DNA of 63,782 nucleotides, filler included, from Collodictyon triciliatum (lineage: Eukaryota): the NCBI GenBank assembly GCA_043381765.1. It is 11 parts of 11 records of this genome, joined end to end, with 100 filler letters (N's around TTAATTAATTAA, not from the genome) between each part and the next. Parts side by side here need not be neighbours in the genome. Positions count along the whole stretch, not along the records: positions 30,968 to 37,053 come from JBHJMP010004719.1; positions 37,154 to 43,238 come from JBHJMP010004720.1; positions 43,339 to 49,418 come from JBHJMP010004721.1; 8 more parts are not named here. One strand, 5' to 3'. Numbering within the stretch: position 1 is the first letter of the stretch; every line of letters starts with the position of its first letter. The translations under genes and the position numbers were made by a program. Of the stretch, positions 34,901 through 46,433 are shown one piece after another. A model generated the notes under the pieces. That model searched no databases. It had not been told where the DNA came from and saw nothing but the letters and a program-made list of their open reading frames with translations.

Positions 34901-36421
34901 AGGCTGTTGAAGAACTCAAGGCTGAGGCTGTCGAAGAACCCAAGGCTGAGGCTGTTGATGAACCCAAGGTCGAGGCTGTTGAAGAACCCAAGGCTGAGGC
35001 TATTGAAGAACCCGAGGTTGGGGCTGTTGAAGAACCCAAGGCTGAGGTTGTTGAAGAATCTAAGGTCGAAGCTGTAGAAGAACCCAAGGCTGAAGCTGTT
35101 GAAGAACTCAAGGTTGAGGTTGTTGAAGAACCCAAAGTTGTTGTGGAACCCAAGGTTAAAGAATCAAAAAAATTATATTATATTTCGGTATCCTTTTTCT
35201 TTTTTGTTTAGTGGAGAAAGGTAACATGATAATAATCACAATAATATAGGAAATTAACGAGTTAGAAAGGATTGGGGATGCTTCACAGTTGGCAGATCTG
35301 GTTTAATTTCTCTATATTTATTCATCTTAATGCTTAAATTTTCATCAGATTAGATATAATATCTAATAGTAATTTAAAAAGCCTACGAAGGACAGAGTGA
35401 AAGTCTCTGGCAAACGACCCCCTACAAGGAGACCAATGGCAGCCGTAAGTCTATATTCTCCTTTCTCTGCAAAATAAATAAGGATATTCTTGGCTCATTC
35501 TATTAAATAGGGCCGTTTTGTGTTAAGGTCTTAAACTTACTGTTAACTTCACGTATGCACCCTTAAAAAATTTTATTTTTAGAGATATCAAGCCGTTGCA
35601 GATATCCCGATTCCTGAGTCTGACCCAGAACCTGTAGTCGCAGCACCCAAGGTACATCAAAGCCATTACTTCCTCAAACAAGTGCTATCTCAAGCGCGTA
35701 TATACCAAAGCACTTTTTCTTTTATTAAACAAATAAATAAACAAACAAACAAACATGATCTATCAGAACACCTCCATGCCCCGTATGGGTTATCTACCTC
35801 CTGGTGCTATACCTATGCTTCCGATGGGTGGAATGGCCAGACGCTCTGCACAGGGTATCCTCGACTCAAATAACTCAAGACCAGTAATGTAAATTCTGTT
35901 GTGATGGTGTTTTCTTTTAGCTGACGATAGTATTTGCCTAGTTGCATCCCCAGCAGAGACCGAAAAAAGCGCAGATGAAAAACAGGGGGATCAAGAAAGT
36001 AAATCGGAGGAGAAACCGATCAATCCATCTCTTTTGCATTTGAAAAAGACTCAGCCCAGACCAATGAGCGCACCGATGGGAATGCCACCGATCAACTTAG
36101 GAGAGGTACAATTCGCTCGAGCTTATGTGCTTTGATTTATTTATTTTTTCGTGTGAATCTTTTGTGTGATATGCCCGAGTGTGTCTCAAAGCTTTACAAT
36201 TATCGTGCACTCAACATCGAAGACCTATACGAAATGTGTCTTTTTTTCTATAAGTAAATTATGCATATATTTGTATTTAAATGAATTAATAATATATGTG
36301 TTACCAGGTAAAACTGAAGAAGTCAGAAGCAGCAGCAACTTCGTCAAATGAGAAACCTGCTGATGGACCGGCGCAGGTGGACTTCAGAGATATCCTTAGG
36401 AAGAAAAAAGAGTCAAATTAA
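31920..36421 (+). CDS. Large acidic repeat protein (EEPK octapeptide array) with C-terminal actin/capping-protein motifs
   Basis: ATG 31920 MKKLFGKLVKK. The 2.37-kb exon 32785-35154 is open and bounded by AG/GT. Small downstream exons give LADL/PTKDRVKVSGKRPPTRR, LHLKKT, VKLKK and VDFRDILRKK, with stop at 36419-36421. Confidence 0.75.
32925..35154 (+). repeat. Coding tandem minisatellite, 24-bp unit (consensus GAAGAACCCAAGGYTGARGYTGTY), roughly 90 copies
   Basis: Directly visible. It encodes EEPK(A/V)E(A/V)V with synonymous variation and occasional 21-bp units, with no frameshifts. Confidence 0.95.
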
Positions 36422-36694
36422 ATGGGTATGAACGCAAAAGCTATAGTGAATTCGTTTGGAATATTGGGGGGAAATGGTCCAATAAGTGGCATAAAGCGAT
36501 TTTCACATCAAATTGCCTTCGTTCGATGAATTGTATTTTTTTCTTCGTCTTTTTTTTTATATTTTTATCTTTTAAATTATTCTTTATATGTAAGAAAAGG
36601 TTCCCATAGTTTGGGCTAGATTACATCATGTTTGTCATCGTGTTTACTTCAATTTAGCTTGCTGCATCATACAGTATCATTAGAGACTACATTA

Positions 36695-36939
36695 ATGAAG
36701 ATTTGGCAATATCTCATCGTATTGGTTGCTCTTATTCACATAATACCATGTTTATCCATGGCTATTTCTTTGAGGGTATCATTTAGTTGCTGCTTCATCT
36801 ATTCTACGAAAGGGTCACCGTAGAACCTCCCTCAACAACATGGGCTTACTTACCCCCCCCCCCAGATGGATGACATAGCTCTCCCTTTCGATGAGCAGGA
36901 CCAAAAAAATGTGTTCATGACAAACTCAAGTGAACGAAG
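36695..36939 (+). CDS. 5' exons of a putative secreted protein (signal peptide), truncated by the contig end
   Basis: MKIWQYLIVLVALIHIIPCLSMAISLR ends at a GT donor (36776). The next exon 36866-36939 follows a CAG acceptor and is in frame. Confidence 0.4.
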
Positions 36940-36968
36940 GTTTGCCCAACCCTGCCTATTTCGCTCAC

Positions 36969-37053
<85 letters not shown>
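36969..37053. repeat. (AG)n microsatellite at a contig end
   Basis: Directly visible. Confidence 0.95.
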
Positions 37054-37097
37054 NNNNNNNNNNNNNNNNNNNNNNNNNNNNNNNNNNNNNNNNNNNN

Positions 37098-37109
37098 TTA
37101 ATTAATTAA
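37098..37109. other. Artificial contig-joining spacer
   Basis: TTAATTAATTAA between N runs. Confidence 0.97.
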
Positions 37110-37189
37110 NNNNNNNNNNNNNNNNNNNNNNNNNNNNNNNNNNNNNNNNNNNNTTTTTAATATAAAAAAAAAAAAAAAATACAAATAAA

Positions 37190-37227
<38 letters not shown>

Positions 37228-37228
37228 C

Positions 37229-39983
37229 TCGCCTGGAACGAAGATTGAATCATTCGTATCTCTCGCAAGTTCGATCTCGATTCATTCTGTAAAAACGTGA
37301 TATTATTACTGTTCAATGTGTGATATTATCATAAAATTTGATATAACTTATTTAAATTTTGGGAGTGATTACAATATCGAATTATCTTACATTAGTTCTC
37401 TTTTCAAAGTCAAGTTTTGCGATGTTTTGCATCGCATCAGCAACAACATTCAGAGGTCTATATTTTTGGTAGATTTTTAGAAAAATGATGGTGATTAAAT
37501 TTGGAAGTTTTCCTTGAATCAAATGAAGGGGAAAAATGCTTGAAAAGTTTAAATTTTACTAACCTACTAATGTACGTCGACACTACCAAAGTGACAAAGA
37601 GAGTGAGTAAGAATAAGGCAGCAGTAAGTGAGGATGACAAGATAATCATACTGTCAACTTTGGAGAATATATCGCTACGAGGAATTAAAACTACTACCGT
37701 CTAGTTTTTATCAAAGATATTACTGCTTTATTTTTTTTAAAAAAAAATAATTGAATGATTGTATAATATTTACTATAAATAGACTTACCCATTCTATTCC
37801 ACCCCTTGGATCAAGCAGCGTCGTCGCGAACGTAAAGTATTCTTTCTTGTCTTTGTATATTGAAAACTTTCTGCTTCCAATTATGGTTTCGAATCCTCCG
37901 TCCTCTTTTCTCTTCAATTTCTGTATATGAATATATTTGAATGAACATAATAACACCTGTAGTTGACAGCAGCCCAGGCAAAAAAAAAAAACGATAAAAA
38001 CTATAAAAAAATCAAACTGGATATCAAAGCATACGTTAGCAGAACTGATCATGAGCTCATTATTTGAATCCTCGTATGAAACCATGGAATTATCTTTACT
38101 ATTTGTGGGCACTCCCATAGTATTTGCGATAATTGTTCCGTTCTTTATGAAAAAAAACTTTTAAACCAGATTTGTCTGCAATACACACTTTGTATTTTTT
38201 TCTTCTCAAAGTACCCAAATAAAATAAATAAAGATGATTTGATGAGTTGAGAATAATATAGAAATAAGACCTTTTGTAGAATATATGCAAATCCATTTTC
38301 GCTAGTTCTTATTCCCTGTAATTTCGCTTGTACAAGCTCGATGTTCATACCAGCAAGTGCCGCACCGATAAATTTAGCTGATATATATATATATCATAAC
38401 TTGTTTAACATATAATACTAATTACGACATGGTCATGAAAAGAATTATGTTCAGAGTAGCATTTAATACAAAGGATATGAAACCAGTACTTTGATTCAGA
38501 TCCTTGTAAATAGGTCTTACAGCTCCAATACTTAGTATTCTACCTCCATAAAAAATTAAACGGTACACTGGGGACCATGTTGGAGCTCTTTTGCTCTTTG
38601 CAACCTTATACCTTTCAAATTTATTTCACATTACGTTCTTGATTCCATGTGCAAATTAAAATTGGACACAAAGAAACATTATATTTATTAATAGACTTTG
38701 TAATATATCGTTCACCATGGCCTCAAGGTGAAATTAAATTTTGGAACACTGTTTCTGATCTTGTATTGGCTAAAGGGTGTTGTGATAGTCTCATTGGTAA
38801 CGATGGCATCTCTTAAGTCGAAGTTGGTTTCGGGTGAAGCACAAAGAATCGATGTAGGGCCTCCTTCTTTGGCTATTCCTGTTTTGTTAATATGTTGAGT
38901 CGGTTTGTATATCTAATATATGGTCATATAAGCACCAATTGATTTATCAATAATAATACCAAATAGACTCCCATCCTCAATTCCAATCCAAGCTTGAGAA
39001 AAAAATGTTGATTTCTGTCACATAAATTTTAAAATAATTTATATATTCTTCGAAAATATGATATATAACCAAACAAAAGATTTGGTCTGATATAAATTAC
39101 CTCCATTATTCCAAAGTTCATAAGTCTCGCTGGAAAGTTGTCACAACTGATTCCATTGGCCTCCAAGTTCATATGATGTAGTGTTTCTTCAAATCCTCTC
39201 AATATCTCGTGAGGGACATCGAGGGCAGCTTGTATTTCTTGACGAATACGCTCGACCGTCTGATTAATTTTGAGAGAAGGGTCTTGAATACAATTTTCAT
39301 TATTATTTTTTTTTGCATATTTGAATCGAGTAAATGAAAAAAATAATTAATTTTTTTTTTGCAAATGGCAAATTCATGATTGGTGTTATATTAAAAAGAA
39401 AAAAACCTGAGTTTGGAGCTGATTAGATAGATCGTTCACCGACTGTAAAAGGAAATATTTAATTCATGCTTCTAAAGTGCAGTATTTCTTCATTTGCTTT
39501 ATCAGATAAAAAACATGAATATTTAACTTGTGCGAGAAATTTTACAAATTTTCATGAAATGCTGCAATTACCGAAAATCCGAAGGTATACGAGGGTACTA
39601 CGCTCACTAATGCAACAGAGACAACAGAAACGAATGAAAGCAACAAAATGGAATTTCTTAGAGATAGAGTGGGCCTATTTTTCTTCCTCATATTTGCCTA
39701 GGTATTTTGAAAAAAGTTGGTTAAAAAATTAAGCAATAATTTTCATTTTTTAAGATACCTTAAGATAAAAAATTACCGAATGATTCACATTTTTCAAATA
39801 AATTTCTGATACAGATAAATTTCTTAATTTATATTATGATTAAAACATATTTCCATGATTTGGTGTCACTAAGCATATAATTCTAACCTCCACCCAAGCA
39901 TTGTTGTTGGGTTCTGTCGGACCCATCGAATTGTCAGATACCAATGAGATTCTTGGTTTGTTCTCTTGTGTTCTGGTCGTCAT
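37229..39983 (-). CDS. Transmembrane sensor: TM1 - dCache-like extracellular domain - TM2 - HAMP; output domain lost beyond the contig end (probably a class III cyclase)
   Basis: Spliced exons: SLRNSILLLSFVSVVSVALVSVV (TM1), SVNDLSNQLQTQTVERIRQEI..LDVP, FNFTLRPWYKVA..PTWSPVY, GFAYI, GIEWTVVVLIPRSDIF, LTAALFLLTLFVTLVVSTYI (TM2), SRPLNVVADAMQNIAKLDF..SNLREIRMIQSSF (HAMP). Confidence 0.8.
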
Positions 39984-41359
39984 ATTCTTTCGAATGCTTT
40001 ATATTTGAACTATCGATGTACCAATATGTATCACAACTCAGAAAGTCGTTTATATTTGTAAATAGTAATTTATGAATTTTAAATGGCAAGTTTGTAATGT
40101 TTGATGATTAATTTTATAGTGGTGATAATATAATATCATAGTTACTAAAATAAATGATCATCTAAACTTGAGTGATAAATTGGAGAAATCTTTTCTAGAT
40201 CTCTCATAATATGATACATGAATTATATTCTCTCAGTTTTCATATTACAACCTTGTACTCTGTCAAATGGGTTGTGATTATATATTTCATTTCCACCTAT
40301 ATTCAAAGATATATCTTTACCATGATTGAAAATTTTTGGTTTTATCTCGGCGTCATTCAACAATAATACGTGTTGAAATTTTTTTGAGTTAAATACATCG
40401 TTCATCGGTGTCCTTGGGTAGAAACATAGAATGCAGTCATCTGAGGGTCTTATCATGTTCTATCTTCACCAAACAAATCTTCAATCTATCTTGACCCCAG
40501 ATTAAAAGTAACCTTATTTATATACCAATTTTGCCTCATTGCAAGATACCCAAAACCTTAAGGTATATCTTAGATTTCTTATATACGTATCATTTATCGC
40601 TTTTATACCTAATTTTTTAAAAAGAAAAACAGATTGGCCGTTATAGATTTTCTTTTATATTAGTTTGTATCCAACACACCCAAAGTGCAACCCACAATGA
40701 TGAGCACTATGTAATATCTGACTTAGCGGTTAACTCACATAAGCAATGCTAAATTTAACATACTTTGCTTATGATTTGATGGCGGCCGTTACAAACCTCG
40801 ACTATGAAGCATTAAAATTGGCGCCTTTTTGCAGAAATTTCGGTATATTTTGATATTTTAAAAGATTCTGATTGAATCATCTTAAAGTCCGCGGTATAAC
40901 CTGTCATTTTAAAACCAAAGTCTACCTACTACTTCGAGTGAAGGATTAGACACTGGGGGTTTCCCACGGTTAATTAAAAAATTTGCAAATTTTTTGTCAG
41001 ATTCTTTGCCACTGTGGTTAAAATCTTTCTCCCAATAAGTTTGAATAATTTTGATGCTTGTAAAGATGGTTTTCATATCACTTTTTGAATCCTTTAATTT
41101 TTTTTTAAGAAAATCTAACAGAAAAAAGAAAACATATTGTGTGTGACCATGCGTTTGAATTTGTGTAGAAATAAAGAAATTATTATTTTCCTTTATGCGA
41201 TTCAACGCAGATGAAGGAAGATTTATTCTTCACTTTTTGATTTTCTAATACATTTTGCCAATTTACTTACCATGATTGATATTGAATGCCCTATCGTTGT
41301 AATGATTCTCACAGAGCCCTCATGGTTCATTTATTGCGTAAAGGATCTCAACATTTATT

Positions 41360-42325
41360 TTTCTAGGCGCCTAGAAATTAAAGAATATCAAAATCATCGG
41401 ATACATCAGGCTCTCCACAATTCTTGATGTCCATGTCATATTCCAAGCTGTTTCGATATAAATCATCAGCCCGAATCCTTACAAATCGGAGAAGATGAGT
41501 CGTTGGGCCGAAAAGATAGGCATTATAGACCCGCCGATAGCCAAAAGCTGGAAGCAAGCCCGTATGCCTCAGTTACATCTAAAACACCGCATCCTACTTC
41601 TCAATATCTCCAACAGAGAGCTGTGGATAAGTGCGCGTGTAGTCCATGCAGCAACGACCTCTCCAGAATGCACCATGTGCCATGGTGGATATGACTCTAT
41701 CGAACACACATTTGCGAAGTGCTCCCTTGCTCAAAAAGTCACAGAATCTACCCACAAGATGCTCTCTGAGCTTGATTATGCTCCCAACCGACTCAGCGCG
41801 TCTGACATCCTGTTTGGCCCACAATGCCAAATGACCCACGACTCTAGAATACTCTGGACAGTCACAAGGGGATATATGCTGTGTTCCTTATGGAGTGTGC
41901 GTGCATTATCCCGCTCTAATGAGTCACCTGAACGAGAAATCGACGTATCCAGGCTGGAAAGCCTCGTGCAATACAGCTTCCTGAACAGCCTGCTGAAACA
42001 CGCGCGCATTCTCCGCTACTCTGACCGCAAGCAAAGAGAGACGTGGGAATGTGTCGTAAGATATCTCCACAGCATATCCGACCCCTGCTGCCCACGCAGC
42101 CAATCAACCAGTCGGGTCGCCCACCTCACCAACTCGCTATCACTGACTTCTTCCCAGTGCTACCCTCTCCACGGTAGTCTCTTCACCTACTCGCGTTTGC
42201 TTTCTGCCATGCGCTCCCATCCCACCCCTTTGTATGGCATAACCTCGCTGCACTTCGAATTACCGACTTGTCTCGCAAATCGGATGTGGTGATAATTAGG
42301 TTTTGTGCCGATCACGCACAAAAAA
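41360..42325 (+). mobile_element. 5'-truncated non-LTR retrotransposon fragment (ORF2 C-terminal zf-RVT-like region; ORF 41495-42292); boundaries approximate
   Basis: Intronless ORF, more GC-rich than its flanks, with C-x2-C-x7-H-x4-C (CTMCHGGYDSIEHTFAKC) followed by ILFG and LWSVR, typical of L1/Tx1-clade ORF2 ends. A short A-run lies about 30 bp after the stop. Confidence 0.7.
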
Positions 42326-43282
42326 TCTAATTGGATTGCAACGCTTCAAAAGAAATTGATGTCTTTTATACAAATGTGGAAAATATTAATAAACCATATT
42401 AGTATTAATATTCCTACAGAATATTTTTCTCTATTATTTAAATTTATTAATTATGTTCATAAATATATGCAATGGCTTATTGAACAGGAATTGCAAGAAT
42501 CCTACTGCGTGTGCTACTTACTTTTGTGGGTGCACAGCTTCCTAGAACCATTGCATATATGGAAATCATCTGACAACAGATATCAAAAAATATGACAACC
42601 AAATATAAATTAAGTGTCATTCGCACATATAAATAATCCCTATATCATCACTAATAAAAATTTCTGTTCATAATGTCTATAGTTCCACACCACTTCCACC
42701 AAAAGGCACACACCCCCAAAAAAAAAGCCCGTTTGACATCTATATAAACCTGCACCGAATCCACCACATGCTTTAATCTCGGCATTGGTAGTAACCAATA
42801 CATCTGGCAGAGTTGGAAGAGATTGGCAACGTATCACTCAACCAACGAGCCACACCAACGAAGCGTCGCTTGAAGAAAGACAAAACACATAATTCCGAAA
42901 TAGCTACGAAAGGATCTACCACAAGAAATAACGCACTGATTCCCTTTCATGCGATAATACTGTAGACAGACGATAAGCCAACCGCCTGGGGTGTCGCTCA
43001 TGGAAGGAGAGGCAAGTGTTTATCTTATTGTTGTTTTCCTGTTTGTCGTGCTCCTCACGCGAATCACATATCCTTTGAAATGATAATATGACTATATTAC
43101 CACGAAAATCAGAATGGCGGAGACAGATAAAACAAAAACAAAAACAAAAACAAAAACAAAAACAAAAACAAAAACAAAAACAAAAGCAAAAACAAAAACA
43201 AAAACAAAAACAAAAAAAACAAAAACAAAAACAAAAACNNNNNNNNNNNNNNNNNNNNNNNNNNNNNNNNNNNNNNNNNNNN

Positions 43283-43294
43283 TTAATTAATTAA
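43283..43294. other. Artificial contig-joining spacer
   Basis: TTAATTAATTAA between N runs. Confidence 0.97.
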
Positions 43295-43744
43295 NNNNNN
43301 NNNNNNNNNNNNNNNNNNNNNNNNNNNNNNNNNNNNNNTGTGTCATTTGTTGTGATCGGGTTTGTGAATCGGCGGAGATGTGACACTCCCTTTCCATTCC
43401 TTTCCATTCCACTTTCTTTTTTCTTTTTTCTTTTTTCTTTTCTTTTCTCTTCTCTTTTTCTTCTCTTTTTCTTCTCTTTTTCTTCTCTTTTTCTTCTCTT
43501 TTTCTTCTCTTTTTCTTCTCTTTTTCTTCTCTTTTTCTTCTCTTTTTTCTTCTCTTTTCTTGGTGGATTTATTTGTCAATATTATGTTGCCGAGCGTTTA
43601 TCAGATGGAATATTCCTAAATCAGCACGATGAGTCCTGTCATGCAGTGCGTGCTCCTTTGAACAGCCCCTGCACTTATCTATCTGTTTATTTTTTCTGGT
43701 CTTTGTCGGCCGCACATACTTAATTACTCCGTTTGGCTGTGTAG

Positions 43745-43882
43745 ACTGTCAACGCCCTCATCTACCCATGTGGACATCTCGGCTTCTGCATGCAGTGTGC
43801 AAACGACACAGTCCAGAAGACAAAGATGTGTCCCATCTGCCGAAAGTCTGTCCATGCTGTTGTCCATGTCTACCCGGTCTGA
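43745..43882 (+). CDS. Terminal exon of a C3HC4 RING (IAP/MGRN-type) protein, 5' partial
   Basis: After a TAG acceptor: TVNALIYPCGHLGFCMQCANDTVQKTKMCPICRKSVHAVVHVYPV*. Confidence 0.85.
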   Translation, partial: TVNALIYPCGHLGFCMQCANDTVQKTKMCPICRKSVHAVVHVYPV

Positions 43883-44423
43883 GCTCTGCAAGGAGCACAC
43901 AAGCCCGCAAACGTGGCGACAATCCCTTTTCCCTCGGTATCTACCGCCAACCAAAAAAAAAAGCCACCAACCGCGCCTCGCTCCACCCTTTCGTTCGGAG
44001 TGTTAGCGGCCTCCATTCTGTGAATGGCTAAATTTCCACTATTAGACACTTTCCACAAATCCTCTCAACTTTTTCCCTCTTTTCTTTCCAAAGGGCATAT
44101 AAATCACTTTTTGATCCGCGTTGAACAAGCCAGTAAATCTGCCAATGCAAGACGAGCACAAACCTTATACCTATGTGCGTGTATATACACGTCTCTGATA
44201 ATAATAATAATAATAATAATTCAAGCGCGCGTGTATGACTGCTCTTGCTAGCTGTCTCATACTATCGACAGGAAGAAGGTGAAAATGAAAGGAAAAAGAG
44301 AAGGAGCTGTGCGTTCTCATACTAAACTTGCCGATCTCTCCAGCACTCGCCACCCCCCCACCACAGAAAAGGGGCGATCGTCCAAACCTCACCTGCAAAC
44401 TCACCCAACTTCAAACCGGCAGA

Positions 44424-44697
44424 ATGAACCACCCGTTCTCGCATAGATCAACAGAGCTGCACTCATCATTCAGCACATACTCGGAAACTGCCTCAAACCA
44501 ATCCGATCAGCACATGACTCAGTCGCATTCTCTTCGTCCAGAGGCCCAGCCTTATCAGCCATCATGGCAGCAGCAGCAACAACAACCTTGGCAACAGCAG
44601 CAGCAACAACAACCTTGGCAACAACAACAACAACCTTGGCAACAACAACAACCTTGGCAACAACAGCAACAGCAACAACAACCTTGGCAACAACAGC

Positions 44698-44756
<59 letters not shown>

Positions 44757-46175
44757 CCTTGGCAACATCACCGATACAATCAATACCAACCTTCTCAATC
44801 TTCTTGGCAGCCGCAGCAGCACATTCCACATTACAGTCCGCCAACAAGATACAGTCAGGAGCATCCGGCCTACCAGCCTTTCCACGGAACTCCGCCCGCC
44901 TGGCAACAGGAACAGTCCTCGGCGCTGAGCTATCCCCCTGCATACGCGTACAATGCGCCGCTGAGTCACGTCCAGAACTCTGCCCAGCAGCCCCAACAGC
45001 CGCCCGCACCACCTGAGTCTGATACGCGCTTGACGACTCCGCAGTCGAGACCGGCAGTTCTTCTCACACCCGGCCTGTCCCACTCACAGTCTTCGCCGGT
45101 TGGCGCGAGGTCTCCTCACGAGGCTGAGCTGTATGTCTGCTTCAGAAAGCCACATGTGTATCTGCATATATGTTATTGTACATGGAGAGAATATCGCATG
45201 ACTTTCAAGTTTTTGTTGCGGTCGCTTTTTTCATTCCGTTCTTTTTTTAAAAAAAAATATCTTTTTTTCTTTCTTTCTAATGATGATTTTATTACATGTT
45301 CTATTGGTTCAGTGCATTCTCACTCTCCTCGTCACATGGTTCTGGAAACTTGCGAACCACTGATAACTCTGAGTCGTCCATTTCAGCCCGGCCGGCCGGG
45401 TGCATCACCCCTGTGCAGAATCTCATTCAATCAGTATGTGAGCTTCATCTCTTTTTTCTCTCTCTCTTTTTCTCTCTCTTTTTTCTCTCTCTCTTTTTTC
45501 AGACTGTTTCATGGCTTCTTATTCACACACCCCGAGGGAGATTCACAGCCCGAGACATTAACTTATCTGCATCCTGTGGCAAAGGACAACGAGCCAGGGA
45601 CAGATGCAAACAGCGGCACAACCTCCGAATCGCACGCCACTCTGGCCGACACAGTCCTGGCACTCCTCCGATTCATCGAAGCAAACATGGGGCTTTCACC
45701 CAGCGAGGAACTGCTCGAGAGTGCCGGCCTCACAAAGGAGCAGACAGCCATCATCCGCACCGTGAGAGACTCTGCCGGCGATATGGGCCACCATTCGGTG
45801 TATCCACTGTGTGTCATCTGCATGAATGCGGTAGTTCTTTACATTGAACTATACTCCTGTTTTCACTTGTAAGATTAAGACACGCGTTTACACACAAGCC
45901 GCTCTGTGTTGCATAGGGTTCCATTCCACCGTGTACAGAAAGAGGAATTACATCTATATATGTGTATTGGTAGTTGTGTTTATAAAGGAAAGAAAATACG
46001 AAAAGGAATCACCCGATCGAAATCTTTACGAACCACACAGAAGCGCGACACCCTCTTGGAGCCGTGCAACCACTTGGTCGCCTGCTCGGGCTGCACAATT
46101 GGCCTCCAAAGCTACAGGAAATGCCCCGTCTGCTACCAACACGTGGATTCGCACAAGAAAATATATATCCCTTGA
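44424..46175 (+). CDS. Q/P-rich protein with C-terminal C3HC4 RING (putative E3 ligase)
   Basis: N-terminal PWQn/polyQ exon. The RING is split by intron 45831-46040: PLCVICMNA/KRDTLLEPCNHLVACSGC..KCPVCYQHVDSHKKIYIP*. Confidence 0.82.
44559..44765 (+). repeat. Coding (CAA/CAG)n tract punctuated by CCTTGG (PWQn repeats)
   Basis: Directly visible; in frame in the Q-rich RING gene. Confidence 0.9.
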
Positions 46176-46433
46176 CAGACTTTTATCTTGTTACTAAGGA
46201 TTAGCGTTGATTTTTTTTAATTGCTTTTTTTGTTTTGTTTGTTTGTTGTCTCTTTGAACGCGTACATGTCCATGCCATCAGCCTATTCCTCATTTTGCTC
46301 GCATATGCCGCCTGCTTCACCAAACGAAGACCCCCAACCATTAAAAAAAAAAAAAAAGAAAGCACAAGATGAGAACCACACGGACTCCTTCTCAGCCCTC
46401 TTGTTTCCGACGGTCCAATGAACCTGCTCTTGT

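Noticed and set aside
32580..35153. Long antisense and alternative-frame ORFs (STTSTLGSS..., LLKNPR..., FFNNF...)
   Set aside because: Shadows of the 24-bp coding repeat; only the EEPK frame has proper splice boundaries and flanking exons.
32925..35154. CRISPR-like array
   Set aside because: Head-to-tail degenerate repeats with no unique spacers, inside a eukaryotic exon; no cas genes.
40223..41205. Short minus-strand ORFs beside the LINE fragment as a gene or pseudogene
   Set aside because: No recognisable motif and no consistent splice chain could be built.
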